From Candidatus Woesebacteria bacterium (GTDB taxonomy: Bacteria > Patescibacteriota > Microgenomatia > UBA12405), in NCBI GenBank assembly GCA_035402805.1, contig DAONDY010000001.1, positions 84,098-148,097 of the forward strand: a stretch of DNA of 64,000 bases, written 5' to 3'. Of this stretch, positions 9,509 through 19,189 are shown piece after piece. Numbering within the stretch: the first letter of the stretch is position 1; every line of letters begins with the position of its first letter. A program made the position numbers and the translations under genes. Below the pieces are notes generated by a model. That model saw only the letters and a list, made by a program, of their open reading frames with translations, did not search any database and was not told where the DNA came from.

Positions 9509-10681
9509 ATGGCAGATACTTATCAAAGAACCAAGCCACACGTCAACGTCGGTACCATCGGTCACGTCGATCATGGTAAAACCACTCTAACCGCCGCTAT
9601 TTCAAAAGTTCAAGGTAGTGCTAAATCTTACGCAGATATTGCTAAGGGAGGTACTGTTCGTGATGCTTCTAAAATTGTTACTATCGCTATCTCTCACATC
9701 GAATACGAATCCGATAAGAGACATTATGCTCACATCGATTGTCCAGGACACGCTGATTATGTTAAAAACATGATCACTGGTGCTGCTCAAATGGATGGCG
9801 CTATTCTCGTAGTTTCCGCACCAGATGGTCCAATGCCACAAACCAGAGAACACGTTTTGTTAGCTAATCAAGTTAATGTTCCAAAATTAGTCGTTTTCTT
9901 AAATAAATGTGATTTAGTTTCTGATCCTGAATTTTTAGATCTCGTTGAAATGGAAATTCGTGATTTATTAACTAAATATGGTTTCCCAGGTGATGAAACT
10001 CCTATTATTCGAGGATCTGCTCTTAAAGCTCTTAACGGTGATCCAGAAGGTATCGAATCTATTAAAAAATTAATGGAAGCTCTCGATACTTATATCGATG
10101 AACCTGTCCGTGAATTAGACAAACCTTTCTTAATGCCAGTTGAAGACGTTTTCTCAATCAAAGGTCGAGGAACCGTTGCTACCGGTAGAATTGAAAAAGG
10201 TGTTGTTAAAATCAATGACGAAGTTGAAATCGTTGGTTTAAAAGATACTCGAAAAGCTGTTGTTACTGGTGTGGAAATGTTCCACAAAATGCTCGATCAA
10301 GGTCAAGCAGGTGACAACGTCGGTTTATTGCTTCGAGGCGTTGAAAAAGATGATATTGAACGTGGACAAGTTTTAGCTAAACCAGGTTCAATTACTCCTC
10401 ACACTGAATTCAAAGCTGAAGTTCTTTTACTTAAAAAAGAAGAAGGTGGCCGTCACACTCCAATCTTTTCAGGTTATCGACCACAAGTTTTCATCAGAAC
10501 TACTGATGTAACTGGTGATTTAACTCTCTCAGAGGGTACTGAAATGGTTATGCCAGGTGATCACACTAACGTAGTTATTAAATTAATTAAACCTGTGGCT
10601 ATGCAGCCAGGTCAAAGATTTGCTATCCGTGAAGGTGGCTTAACTGTTGGCGCCGGTTCTATCACAGAAATTATTAAATAA
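9509..10681 (+). CDS. tuf: Elongation factor Tu
   Basis: [28 protein letters not shown]; SD AAAGGAGA. Confidence 0.98.
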   Translation: MADTYQRTKPHVNVGTIGHVDHGKTTLTAAISKVQGSAKSYADIAKGGTVRDASKIVTIAISHIEYESDKRHYAHIDCPGHADYVKNMITGAAQMDGAILVVSAPDGPMPQTREHVLLANQVNVPKLVVFLNKCDLVSDPEFLDLVEMEIRDLLTKYGFPGDETPIIRGSALKALNGDPEGIESIKKLMEALDTYIDEPVRELDKPFLMPVEDVFSIKGRGTVATGRIEKGVVKINDEVEIVGLKDTRKAVVTGVEMFHKMLDQGQAGDNVGLLLRGVEKDDIERGQVLAKPGSITPHTEFKAEVLLLKKEEGGRHTPIFSGYRPQVFIRTTDVTGDLTLSEGTEMVMPGDHTNVVIKLIKPVAMQPGQRFAIREGGLTVGAGSITEIIK

Positions 10682-10685
10682 ATTT

Positions 10686-10997
10686 ATGACCAAAGGTAAC
10701 CGCATTCGTATTCGATTAAAGTCTTTTGATCATCGTATTATCGATGAAGCAGCGATTAAAATCGTTGAGACTGTGGTTACCGCTGGTGCTCAGGTGGAAG
10801 GTCCAATACCTTTACCAACTGAGAAGAAAACTCTTGTCGTTTTGACCAGTCCTCATACCGATAAAAATGCCCGTGAGCATTTTCAAATCCTCACTCATAA
10901 GCGTTTAATCGATATTTCCAATACCAGTCTTCGAACTGTGGACAGTCTCCAGCATTTAGATCTACCATCTGGTGTAGAAATAGAAGTTAAAATGTAA
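10686..10997 (+). CDS. rpsJ: 30S ribosomal protein uS10
   Basis: [26 protein letters not shown]; start moved to ATG 10686. Confidence 0.96.
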   Translation: MTKGNRIRIRLKSFDHRIIDEAAIKIVETVVTAGAQVEGPIPLPTEKKTLVVLTSPHTDKNAREHFQILTHKRLIDISNTSLRTVDSLQHLDLPSGVEIEVKM

Positions 10998-11001
10998 AAT
11001 T

Positions 11002-11565
11002 ATGATTTCAGGATTTCTTATTAAAAAAGGTCAAATGACCAGCATCTTTACCGGAGACGGTAAAAGAATTGCTGTTACTAAATGTATTGCTAAGCCTTTA
11101 GTTGTCACCCAAATTAAAAGTAAAGAAAAAGATGGTTATCAAGCGATTCAAGTTAAAACCACTTCTTCAAAATTAGGTAAATTAAAAGAATTTTCTCTTA
11201 CTTCCGATCAAATTCCAGAAATCGGTAGTCAAATTTCTATCGATTCTATTTTTACAGTTGGTGAAAAAATTGATGCTACTGGCATTTCCAAAGGTCGTGG
11301 ATTTGCTGGTGTTATCAAAAGACATGGTTTTAAAAAGCAGCCAATTTTAGGTTCTTCTGACCGTGTCCGTCATCCTGGTTCTATCGGCGCTCAAACTCCA
11401 TCAAAAGTTGTTCGTGGTAAAAGAATGCCTGGACATATGGGTAACATCAATAAAACTATCGAAAATCTTAAAATTGTCTCACTTAATCCTGAAACCAACG
11501 AAATATTAATTAATGGTTCTCTTCCTGGACATTTTAATTCCTGGATAACTATAACCAAAGCCTAA
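11002..11565 (+). CDS. rplC: 50S ribosomal protein uL3 (short)
   Basis: DGYQAIQ, SKGRGFAGVIKRHGF, PGHMG; operon position. Confidence 0.95.
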   Translation: MISGFLIKKGQMTSIFTGDGKRIAVTKCIAKPLVVTQIKSKEKDGYQAIQVKTTSSKLGKLKEFSLTSDQIPEIGSQISIDSIFTVGEKIDATGISKGRGFAGVIKRHGFKKQPILGSSDRVRHPGSIGAQTPSKVVRGKRMPGHMGNINKTIENLKIVSLNPETNEILINGSLPGHFNSWITITKA

Positions 11566-11567
11566 TT

Positions 11568-12203
11568 ATGAAAGCTCAAATTTATAATATAAAATCAGAG
11601 AAAGTTGGAGAAGCTACCTTGCCAAAGGCTGTTTTTGAAGCTAAAGTTTCTGAAAAATTAATTTCTCAAGCTATTAGAATTTTTTTAGCTAACCAAAGAT
11701 CTTCCTATGCTAAGGCAAAAACTAGATCAGAAGTTGCCGGAACCCGACAAAAAGTTTGGGCTCAAAAAGGTACTGGTCGTGCCCGTCACGGTAATCGAAC
11801 TGCTCCTATTTTCAAAGGCGGTGGTGTTGCTCTTGGTCCAGATGGTCTCCAAAACTACAAACTTAATTTAAGCAAGAAAATGAAAACAGTTGCTCTAAAT
11901 TCTGTTTTAACCAAATTTGCCAAAGATAAAAGAGTCGCTATTATCGATTCTTTTAAAGATTTAACTCCTAAAACTAAAGAGGGAATTAAATTAGTTACTG
12001 GACTTAAAGCCTCAGATGAAGTATTATCAAAAAGTTCAAAAGTCGGCATAATTACCACTGAAACTTTGACCAATGTCAAACGAGCCTTCGGTAATCTTCC
12101 AAAAATAAATCTTTTGTCCCTTAAATCTTTAAATGTCTATGATCTTTCAAATCAAAATTTTTTGATTTTTAGTCAAGACGCACTAGACATTTTATCCAAA
12201 TAA
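11568..12203 (+). CDS. rplD: 50S ribosomal protein uL4
   Basis: KTRSEV, QKGTGRARHG, GGGV. Confidence 0.96.
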   Translation: MKAQIYNIKSEKVGEATLPKAVFEAKVSEKLISQAIRIFLANQRSSYAKAKTRSEVAGTRQKVWAQKGTGRARHGNRTAPIFKGGGVALGPDGLQNYKLNLSKKMKTVALNSVLTKFAKDKRVAIIDSFKDLTPKTKEGIKLVTGLKASDEVLSKSSKVGIITTETLTNVKRAFGNLPKINLLSLKSLNVYDLSNQNFLIFSQDALDILSK

Positions 12204-12205
12204 AT

Positions 12206-12502
12206 ATGCAATCAAATTTAATAATTTTAAAACCAGTTTTTACCGAAAAAACCTTGTCACAACAAGAGACTGGTAAATATACTTTTTGGGTTCCAAAAGA
12301 TGCCACTAAAGGCCAAATCGAAACTTCTTTTAACGCCGTTTTTGGTGTTAAACCCTTAAATATCAACACTGTTATTATTAAAGGTAAAATGAAAACCGAC
12401 CGCCAAAAAAGATTACCTATTAAAAAATCTGATCTTAAAAAAGCCGTCGTTACCGTTGAAAAAAATACTAAAATCGAATTATTAAAACTCAATCTTAAAT
12501 AA
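12206..12502 (+). CDS. rplW: 50S ribosomal protein uL23
   Basis: PVFTEK, YTFWV, KKAVVT; operon position. Confidence 0.93.
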   Translation: MQSNLIILKPVFTEKTLSQQETGKYTFWVPKDATKGQIETSFNAVFGVKPLNINTVIIKGKMKTDRQKRLPIKKSDLKKAVVTVEKNTKIELLKLNLK

Positions 12503-12505
12503 TCT

Positions 12506-13249
12506 ATGACCAGAATTAGATCTTTATTAACTATCAAGAAAAAAACCAGTGGCCGAGATGATCAAGGTCATGTTTCTATTCGACATCGAGGTGGCGAACA
12601 AAAAAGATTTTTAAGAGAAATTGACTGGAGAAGAGATAAACTCGATATTAAAGCCAAAGTTACCTCTATTGAATATGATCCAGGTCGAACTGCCGATATC
12701 GCTCTTTTAGTTTATGAAGATGGCACTAAATCATTTATTTTAGCCCCCACTGGCTTAAAAGTTGGTGATATTATTGTTTCTTCTGTTAATGCTCCGATTA
12801 AAGATGGTAATTCTCTACCTCTTAGAAATATTCCAGTTGGTATTCCTATTCATTGTTTGTCTTTTCAAAAAGGTAAAAATGCTCAATTAATTAAAAGTGC
12901 CGGTTCCGCTGCTTATATTCAAAGTATTGATGGGAACAAAGCTATTGTTAAACTTCCCTCTGGTGAAATCAGAATTTTTAATGCTGATTCTTTTGCCACT
13001 GTTGGTCAAGTTGGTAATTCCGATCATTCAAACCAAAAACTAACCAAAGCTGGTCAATCACGACTTCGTGGTATTCGTCCAACCGTTAGAGGTGTGGCTC
13101 AGAATCCTCACTCTCATCCACACGGTGGTGGTGAAGGCCGAAGCTCTATCGGTATGCATCCAAAGACACCATGGGGTAAATCTGCCTTTAGAAAAACCAG
13201 AAAACTTAAAAATGCTTCTAATCGATTAATCATTAAGCACAGAAAGTAA
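12506..13249 (+). CDS. rplB: 50S ribosomal protein uL2
   Basis: [26 protein letters not shown]. Confidence 0.97.
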   Translation: MTRIRSLLTIKKKTSGRDDQGHVSIRHRGGEQKRFLREIDWRRDKLDIKAKVTSIEYDPGRTADIALLVYEDGTKSFILAPTGLKVGDIIVSSVNAPIKDGNSLPLRNIPVGIPIHCLSFQKGKNAQLIKSAGSAAYIQSIDGNKAIVKLPSGEIRIFNADSFATVGQVGNSDHSNQKLTKAGQSRLRGIRPTVRGVAQNPHSHPHGGGEGRSSIGMHPKTPWGKSAFRKTRKLKNASNRLIIKHRK

Positions 13250-13250
13250 T

Positions 13251-13523
13251 ATGTCTAGAAGTTCTAAAAAAGGTCCTTACATCGACAAAAACTTACTTAA
13301 AAAAATAGCTAAGGGTGGTAATGAAGCCATCAAAACTTGGGCTAGAAAAAGCCAAATTTCTCCTGAATTCGTCGGGAAAAATTTTGAAGTTCATAACGGT
13401 AAAAAATTTATTAATGTCTTTGTCACTGAAGATATGGTTGGCCATCGTTTAGGCGAATTTTCTGCTACCAGAACCTTCAAGGGTCACGGACGTGTCGTTA
13501 AACGTGTTATAGAAAAGACGTAA
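13251..13523 (+). CDS. rpsS: 30S ribosomal protein uS19
   Basis: [19 protein letters not shown]. Confidence 0.97.
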   Translation: MSRSSKKGPYIDKNLLKKIAKGGNEAIKTWARKSQISPEFVGKNFEVHNGKKFINVFVTEDMVGHRLGEFSATRTFKGHGRVVKRVIEKT

Positions 13524-13528
13524 AACAT

Positions 13529-14014
13529 ATGGCAAAAGAAATTAAAAAAACTACTAAAATCAAAACTCCAGCCATTAAAAAATCTGTTGTTAAAAAAGAT
13601 ATTAAAAAAGCTGAAATCAAGGCAGTTTCAAAGGTTGTTGAAACTCCAAAAGTTGAAGTGTCTACTACTAAAATCGTCAAGTATTTCAATAAAGATCTTA
13701 TGATCTCTCCTCGAAAATTAAGACTTTTAGCTAACGATATCAAAAAATTATCTCCAACTGATGCTTTAAATAGACTCAAATTTACTAATACTAAGTCCGC
13801 TCGTATCATGATTAAAGCTCTTCAGAATGTCATTGCTGATGCTAAAAATAATTTCAGTTTAGATACTAACACTTTAAAATTCGATTTAATTAAAGTTGAC
13901 GAAGGCTTAAAAATGAAACGTATGGATAAAGCCCATGGTTCCAGATTTGCTCGAGGTCTCATTCAAAAAAGACACAGTCGACTTATTATTCATGTTAAAG
14001 GTAATCAAAAGTAA
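13529..14014 (+). CDS. rplV: 50S ribosomal protein uL22 with Lys-rich N-terminal extension
   Basis: ISPRKLRL, VDEG...KR; operon position. Confidence 0.93.
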   Translation: MAKEIKKTTKIKTPAIKKSVVKKDIKKAEIKAVSKVVETPKVEVSTTKIVKYFNKDLMISPRKLRLLANDIKKLSPTDALNRLKFTNTKSARIMIKALQNVIADAKNNFSLDTNTLKFDLIKVDEGLKMKRMDKAHGSRFARGLIQKRHSRLIIHVKGNQK

Positions 14015-14016
14015 TT

Positions 14017-14658
14017 ATGGGTCAAAAAATTAATCCAATTGGTTTTAGATTAGAGACTGTAAAAAACAGTCCTCAATGGCAATCTTCCTGGTACGCTGGG
14101 ACTAAAAAATATGCCACTTATCTTCTTGAAGATAAAAAAATCAGAGATTTTCTTCAATCAAAATTTAATTCAGCTGGAATTGTTTCTATCAGGATTGAAC
14201 GCTCCGTTAAAAAAATGAAATTAGTTCTTGTCGTTTCTCGACCAGGTTTAGTTATCGGTCGTGGCGGTAAAGAACTCGAAACGATCAAAAAAGAAGTTCA
14301 AAGATTACTTTTTAAAGCCAGTGGTAAACAAGCTGTTGAAATTCAAGTAGAAGAATTTAAACATGCCGATCTTTCGGCAAAATTGATTGCTGAAAAAATT
14401 GCCTTTCAATTAACCAAAAGAATGCCTTATCGTCGAGTTGTTTTATCTTCCATGGAAAAATCAATTGCAGCCGGAGCTAAAGGTATTAAAGTCATTCTTT
14501 CTGGGCGTATTAATGGTGCTGAAATTGGTCGTCGAGAAAAATTTTCTCAAGGTACTGTACCACTAAGCACTATCCGTTCGATGATTGATTATCACGAATG
14601 TCCATCTTTAACTAGATCTGGATATATCGGAGTTAAAGTTTATTTATGTTTAGGCTAA
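14017..14658 (+). CDS. rpsC: 30S ribosomal protein uS3
   Basis: MGQKINPIGFRL, RPGLVIGRGG, SGRINGAEI. Confidence 0.97.
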   Translation: MGQKINPIGFRLETVKNSPQWQSSWYAGTKKYATYLLEDKKIRDFLQSKFNSAGIVSIRIERSVKKMKLVLVVSRPGLVIGRGGKELETIKKEVQRLLFKASGKQAVEIQVEEFKHADLSAKLIAEKIAFQLTKRMPYRRVVLSSMEKSIAAGAKGIKVILSGRINGAEIGRREKFSQGTVPLSTIRSMIDYHECPSLTRSGYIGVKVYLCLG

Positions 14659-14664
14659 ATAATT

Positions 14665-15066
14665 ATGTTACAACCAAGTAGAACTAAATATAGAAAAGCC
14701 TTCCGAGGCAAAATGAGAGGAAACTCTAAGGGCAACTTAGTTGCTTTTGGTGAATATGGTCTTAAATCTCTCGAATGTAGCTGGATTACTTCTAATCAAT
14801 TAGAATCAGCTCGACGTGCTATCGCTCACGCTACCAAAAGAAATGGTCGTATGTGGTGCCGTATTTTCCCAGACAAACCATTCACTGAAAAAGGAACTGG
14901 TACTATGGGTGCTGGAAAAGGTGATGTTAAAGGATATGTCGCTGTTGTTAAGCCAGGTCGTATTATCTTCGAAGTTTCCGGTGTCACTGAGGCCGAAGCT
15001 CATGAAGGTTTAAAATTAGCTGCTGCTAAGTTACCAGTTGTATGCAAAATAGTTAATCGAAAATAG
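14665..15066 (+). CDS. rplP: 50S ribosomal protein uL16
   Basis: [25 protein letters not shown]. Confidence 0.97.
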   Translation: MLQPSRTKYRKAFRGKMRGNSKGNLVAFGEYGLKSLECSWITSNQLESARRAIAHATKRNGRMWCRIFPDKPFTEKGTGTMGAGKGDVKGYVAVVKPGRIIFEVSGVTEAEAHEGLKLAAAKLPVVCKIVNRK

Positions 15067-15077
15067 GGGTAGATTTT

Positions 15078-15287
15078 ATGAAAAAAACTGATAAAATTTC
15101 CTACAGACAAAAAAGTGTTGAGGAGCTCTCAAAAAATCTTTTAGATCTTCGCAAAAAATTTATTGAAGCCAAGGCTAAATCAGCTACTGGTAATCAAAAG
15201 GACACTTCAGTCTTTGCCAAAATTAAATATGAGATTGCTTTAGTCTCAACTCTAATTCAAGAAAAGAAAAATGATAAACAAAATTAA
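15078..15287 (+). CDS. rpmC: 50S ribosomal protein uL29
   Basis: Small helical protein between rplP and rpsQ. Confidence 0.85.
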   Translation: MKKTDKISYRQKSVEELSKNLLDLRKKFIEAKAKSATGNQKDTSVFAKIKYEIALVSTLIQEKKNDKQN

Positions 15288-15531
15288 TAATACTGGTAAA
15301 ACGTTCGAAGGTAGCGTCATTTCAGATAAAATGACCAACACTATCGTCGTTTCTCTTGAATACACTAAAAGTCATCCTCTTTATAAAAAGATTTTTAGAA
15401 AGCATAAAAATATTTATGCCGAAAACAATCTTTCTGCCAAAGTCGGTGATATAGTTAAAGTTCGAGAAACTCGACCTTTAAGCAAACTTAAAAGATTTAC
15501 TACTTTAGCCATTATCAAAAAGTCTAAATAA
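15271..15531 (+). CDS. rpsQ: 30S ribosomal protein uS17
   Basis: SDKMTNTIVV, HPLYKK, ETRPLSK. Confidence 0.96.
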   Translation: MINKINNTGKTFEGSVISDKMTNTIVVSLEYTKSHPLYKKIFRKHKNIYAENNLSAKVGDIVKVRETRPLSKLKRFTTLAIIKKSK

Positions 15532-15533
15532 TT

Positions 15534-15905
15534 ATGTCTGTCCAATTAAGAAGTATCATTAAACCAGCTGATAATTGTGGAGCTAAAAGAGTTCAGGTTA
15601 TTCATGTCTACAAAGGTTCTTTTCACAAAAAAGGTACTATTGGAGATACTGTTATGGCTGTTGTTATGGACTCTATTCCAAATGGCTTAGTTAAGAAAAA
15701 GGAAAAAGTTAAAATGGTTATAGTTCGTACTAAAAAAGAATTTGGTCGACCTGATGGTTCTTATATTCGTTTTAGCGACAACGCTGGTGTTATTATAGAT
15801 TCTCAAAATAATCCACGAGGCACCAGAATTTTTGGACCAATTGCTCGTGAAATTAAAGATTTAGGATTCAATAAAATTGCTTCCATGGCCCAGGAGGTTT
15901 ATTAA
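15534..15905 (+). CDS. rplN: 50S ribosomal protein uL14
   Basis: ADNCGAK, RPDGSYIRF, GTRIFGP. Confidence 0.97.
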   Translation: MSVQLRSIIKPADNCGAKRVQVIHVYKGSFHKKGTIGDTVMAVVMDSIPNGLVKKKEKVKMVIVRTKKEFGRPDGSYIRFSDNAGVIIDSQNNPRGTRIFGPIAREIKDLGFNKIASMAQEVY

Positions 15906-15906
15906 T

Positions 15907-16233
15907 ATGAAAATTTTAAAAGGTGATAAAGTTAAGGTTTTAATTGGTAAAGATAAAGGTCGTGAAAGCGAAGTCATTAAAGCCATTCCTAAAAAAGATA
16001 AAGTTATTGTTAAAGGTTTAAATTTGTACAAAAAACACATTAAACCAAGTCAGGGGAAACCAGGCTCTATTATCGAAAAAGAAAGAAGCCTGGCCGTTTC
16101 TAAATTAGCTGTAATTTGTCCTAATTGTAAAAAAGCTATCAGGGTTGCTTATTTAATCGATAAATCAGGTGAAAAAACAAGAATTTGCCGCAAGTGTAAA
16201 TCTGCTTTAAACACTCCTGTTATTAAAAAATAA
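15907..16233 (+). CDS. rplX: 50S ribosomal protein uL24
   Basis: KGDKVKVLIGKDKG KOW motif; start at ATG 15907. Confidence 0.95.
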   Translation: MKILKGDKVKVLIGKDKGRESEVIKAIPKKDKVIVKGLNLYKKHIKPSQGKPGSIIEKERSLAVSKLAVICPNCKKAIRVAYLIDKSGEKTRICRKCKSALNTPVIKK

Positions 16234-16235
16234 CT

Positions 16236-16775
16236 ATGTTAAAAACAATTATTGAAACCACTATTAAAGAAAATTTGATCAAAGCTACTTCAAAAGATCG
16301 AAATGTCTTTTCTTTACCTAGATTAAAAAAAGTAGTTATTAATTATCGTGTCAACGAAGCTCGTGAGAGTCAAGAAGCTCTTACTGCCGCCACTGAAGAA
16401 TTAGTCGCTATCGTTGGTCAAAAACCAAAGCTCTGTAAAGCCAAAAAAGCTGTTTCTGCTTTTAAACTTCGCCAAAACGATCCATTAGCCCTCAAAGTTA
16501 CTCTTCGTGGAGCTAGAATGTATGATTTCGTCGAAAAATTATTTAATTTAGTTTTACCCCGACTTCGTGATTTTAAAGGTTTACCAGACACTGCTTTTGA
16601 CTCTGAAGGTAATTATAATTTAACTATCAAAGATCAGACTCTCTTTCCAGAAATTGATTTAGATAAAGTCAAACAAATTCGCTCAGTTCAGATTACTCTA
16701 AATATTAATGCCTCTTCAAAAGACGAAGCAAAAATGTTATTATCAGCCCTAGGTTTTCCTTTTGAAAAAAAATAA
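16236..16775 (+). CDS. rplE: 50S ribosomal protein uL5
   Basis: GQKP, FKLR, KVTLRG, LPRLRDF, FPEI. Confidence 0.96.
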   Translation: MLKTIIETTIKENLIKATSKDRNVFSLPRLKKVVINYRVNEARESQEALTAATEELVAIVGQKPKLCKAKKAVSAFKLRQNDPLALKVTLRGARMYDFVEKLFNLVLPRLRDFKGLPDTAFDSEGNYNLTIKDQTLFPEIDLDKVKQIRSVQITLNINASSKDEAKMLLSALGFPFEKK

Positions 16776-16783
16776 AATAAATT

Positions 16784-16969
16784 ATGGCTACTACAGCAAA
16801 AATAGTCCGAGAAGACAAAAAATTAAAATATAGCGTTCGACATCACAATCGATGTCACATTTGTGGTCGACCTCATGGTTTTATTCGTTTATTTGGCATT
16901 TGCCGACTTTGTTTTCGCAAATTAGCCAATCAAGGAATGCTTCCTGGTGTTCGAAAAGCCAGTTGGTAA
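16784..16969 (+). CDS. rpsN: 30S ribosomal protein uS14 (zinc-binding type)
   Basis: RCHICGR...ICRLCFR...PGVRKASW. Confidence 0.96.
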   Translation: MATTAKIVREDKKLKYSVRHHNRCHICGRPHGFIRLFGICRLCFRKLANQGMLPGVRKASW

Positions 16970-16977
16970 ATAAAAAT

Positions 16978-17367
16978 ATGCATCAATCAACTTCTATCGA
17001 TTTTATAATTAGAATAAAGAATGGCTACAAAGCTGGCAGAAAGACTATTTCTGCTCCAGTTTCTAATTTCACTACTGCCATGGCTTCTCTTTTAAAAAGA
17101 ACTGGCTATATTGCTGATTTTTCTATCACTGGTGATATCAAAAAAGATATGACCATTACTTTAGCTTATGATAATAATGAACCTCGCGTTAACGATGTTT
17201 GTTTATTTTCTAAACCTGGTCGTCGTATTTACGAAAAAAAATCATCCCTTCCTTGGGGAAAAAGCCCTTCATCTTTAATCATTGTCTCCACTTCTTCAGG
17301 TGTTATGTCTCAAAAAGAAGCTAAAACCAAAGGTCTTGGTGGAGAAATTATTGCCGAAATTTGGTAA
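16978..17367 (+). CDS. rpsH: 30S ribosomal protein uS8
   Basis: DFIIRIKN, SKPGRRIY, STSSGVM, GGE; start at ATG 16978. Confidence 0.95.
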   Translation: MHQSTSIDFIIRIKNGYKAGRKTISAPVSNFTTAMASLLKRTGYIADFSITGDIKKDMTITLAYDNNEPRVNDVCLFSKPGRRIYEKKSSLPWGKSPSSLIIVSTSSGVMSQKEAKTKGLGGEIIAEIW

Positions 17368-17373
17368 ACAATT

Positions 17374-17913
17374 ATGTCAAGAATAGGAAAACAATTAATC
17401 AATATCCCAGCCGGAGTTAATGTTGTCATTAATGCTGGTGAAATAACTGTCACCGGTCCAAAAGGCGAGTTAAAACTAGTTTTACCTTCAAAAATTAACG
17501 TCGAAATTAAAGACAATCAAATCATTTGTACTCGTGTTTCTGAGGATAAAAAAACCAAAGCTAATCATGGCACCACCAGAGCTCATCTCAATAATATGAT
17601 CAAAGGTGTTGTTGAGCCTTGGAAAAAAGAAATAGAAATCAAAGGTACTGGTTATAAAGCCTCTCTTTCTGGTAACAAATTGCATCTTTTAGTTGGTTTT
17701 ATCCACCCAGTCGATGTTGTTGCTCCAGCCGGTGTTTTCTTTGAAGTTCCAGAAGAAACTAAAATTATTATTACTGGTGCCGACAAAACCAAAGTTGGTC
17801 AAACCGCCAGCAATATTCGAAAAGTCCGCCCACCTGAACCTTATAAAGGCAAAGGTATTAGATATGCTGATGAATTTATTAAACTTAAAGCTGGTAAAAA
17901 AGCTAAAGCCTAA
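17374..17913 (+). CDS. rplF: 50S ribosomal protein uL6
   Basis: MSRIGK, GPKGEL, PEPYKGKGIRY. Confidence 0.97.
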   Translation: MSRIGKQLINIPAGVNVVINAGEITVTGPKGELKLVLPSKINVEIKDNQIICTRVSEDKKTKANHGTTRAHLNNMIKGVVEPWKKEIEIKGTGYKASLSGNKLHLLVGFIHPVDVVAPAGVFFEVPEETKIIITGADKTKVGQTASNIRKVRPPEPYKGKGIRYADEFIKLKAGKKAKA

Positions 17914-17921
17914 AAAATAAT

Positions 17922-18266
17922 ATGATTACACATAATTCAAAACAACGACGTCAAAACAGAGTTAGATCCAAATTAGCCCTAAATTTAGGCGTTCCTAGAT
18001 TAACTGTCTTTAGAAGCAATAAGCATCTTTGGGCTCAAATTGTCGATGATAAACATGGAAAAACTATTGTCGCTGCTTCCACTAAAGGTTTAAAATTAGA
18101 CAAAGGTACTAAAACCGAAAGAGCTTTCACAGTTGGTACCCAAATTGCCACTCTCGCTTTAGAAAAAAAGATTATTAAAGTTAGATTCGATCGGGGTCTT
18201 TATCGTTATCACGGTCGAGTTAAAGCTCTTGCCGATGGCGCTCGTTCCAAAGGTTTAGTTTTTTAA
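17922..18266 (+). CDS. rplR: 50S ribosomal protein uL18
   Basis: PRLTVFRSNKH, FDRG.YRYHGRVKALADGAR. Confidence 0.96.
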   Translation: MITHNSKQRRQNRVRSKLALNLGVPRLTVFRSNKHLWAQIVDDKHGKTIVAASTKGLKLDKGTKTERAFTVGTQIATLALEKKIIKVRFDRGLYRYHGRVKALADGARSKGLVF

Positions 18267-18270
18267 AAAT

Positions 18271-18738
18271 ATGAATCCAAATCAACAATATCCAAAAATT
18301 GAAAAAACAGTCAGTGAATTTACTGATAAAGTTGTGGAAATCAAAAGAGTTTCCAAAAAAACTAAAGGGGGAAATCAAATTCATTTTACTGCTTTAGTTG
18401 TTTCTGGTGACAAAAAAAATCGAGTCGGTGTGGGTCTAGGTAAAGCCAAAAGTGTCGCTGATGCTATTCAAAAAGGTATTAAAAAAGCTCAAAAAAGTCT
18501 AATCACTATTCCAATCGTTGATGGTACTATTTCTGGTGCTGTAACTCTAAAATTCAAAGGTGCTATTGTTATGATTCGACCTGGTAAAAAAGGAAGTGGT
18601 CTTATCGCCGGTGGTCCAGTCCGAGCCGTTGTTGAATTAGCCGGAATTCAAGATATCGTTAGTAAAATCATTGGTTCAAAAACCAAATCAATTAATGTTT
18701 GGGCTGCTTTAAAGGCTCTTTCTATTCTTAAAAAATAA
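18271..18738 (+). CDS. rpsE: 30S ribosomal protein uS5
   Basis: RVSKKTKGG, GLIAGGPVRAVVELAG. Confidence 0.96.
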   Translation: MNPNQQYPKIEKTVSEFTDKVVEIKRVSKKTKGGNQIHFTALVVSGDKKNRVGVGLGKAKSVADAIQKGIKKAQKSLITIPIVDGTISGAVTLKFKGAIVMIRPGKKGSGLIAGGPVRAVVELAGIQDIVSKIIGSKTKSINVWAALKALSILKK

Positions 18739-18739
18739 T

Positions 18740-19189
18740 ATGGAAATATTAACTAAATTATCAAAAACAACTACTAAAAAAGCCCGACGCTGTGGTCGTG
18801 GAATTGGTTCTGGCCTTGGTGGTCACACTTCTGGTCGTGGTGCCAAAGGTGACAAAGTTAGAGGTTCTACTGATCTTGCTTTTGCTGGTACTAAAAACAA
18901 AAAATCTTGGATTAAGCGACTTCCATTTATGAGAGGTAAACATCGTCTACAAAACCAAAAAGACATTGTCAATGTCAGTTTAAGTCAAATTGAAAAATGG
19001 TTTAAGGCCAATGAAGTAGTTGATGCCAGTTCTCTTGCTAAAAATTCTAAAATTTCTCTAAAAAACTTTCGTTCCAGCTTTAAAATTCTTGCTACTGGTA
19101 ATCTTACTAAAGCTTTAAAATTTAAAGGTCTTTCTCTTTCAAAAGCTGCCCAAAACAAAATCGTTGCTGCGGGTGGTAATATAGAGTAA
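18740..19189 (+). CDS. rplO: 50S ribosomal protein uL15
   Basis: GRGIGSG.G.TSGRG.KG, AAGG; follows rpsE directly (no rpmD). Confidence 0.95.
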   Translation: MEILTKLSKTTTKKARRCGRGIGSGLGGHTSGRGAKGDKVRGSTDLAFAGTKNKKSWIKRLPFMRGKHRLQNQKDIVNVSLSQIEKWFKANEVVDASSLAKNSKISLKNFRSSFKILATGNLTKALKFKGLSLSKAAQNKIVAAGGNIE

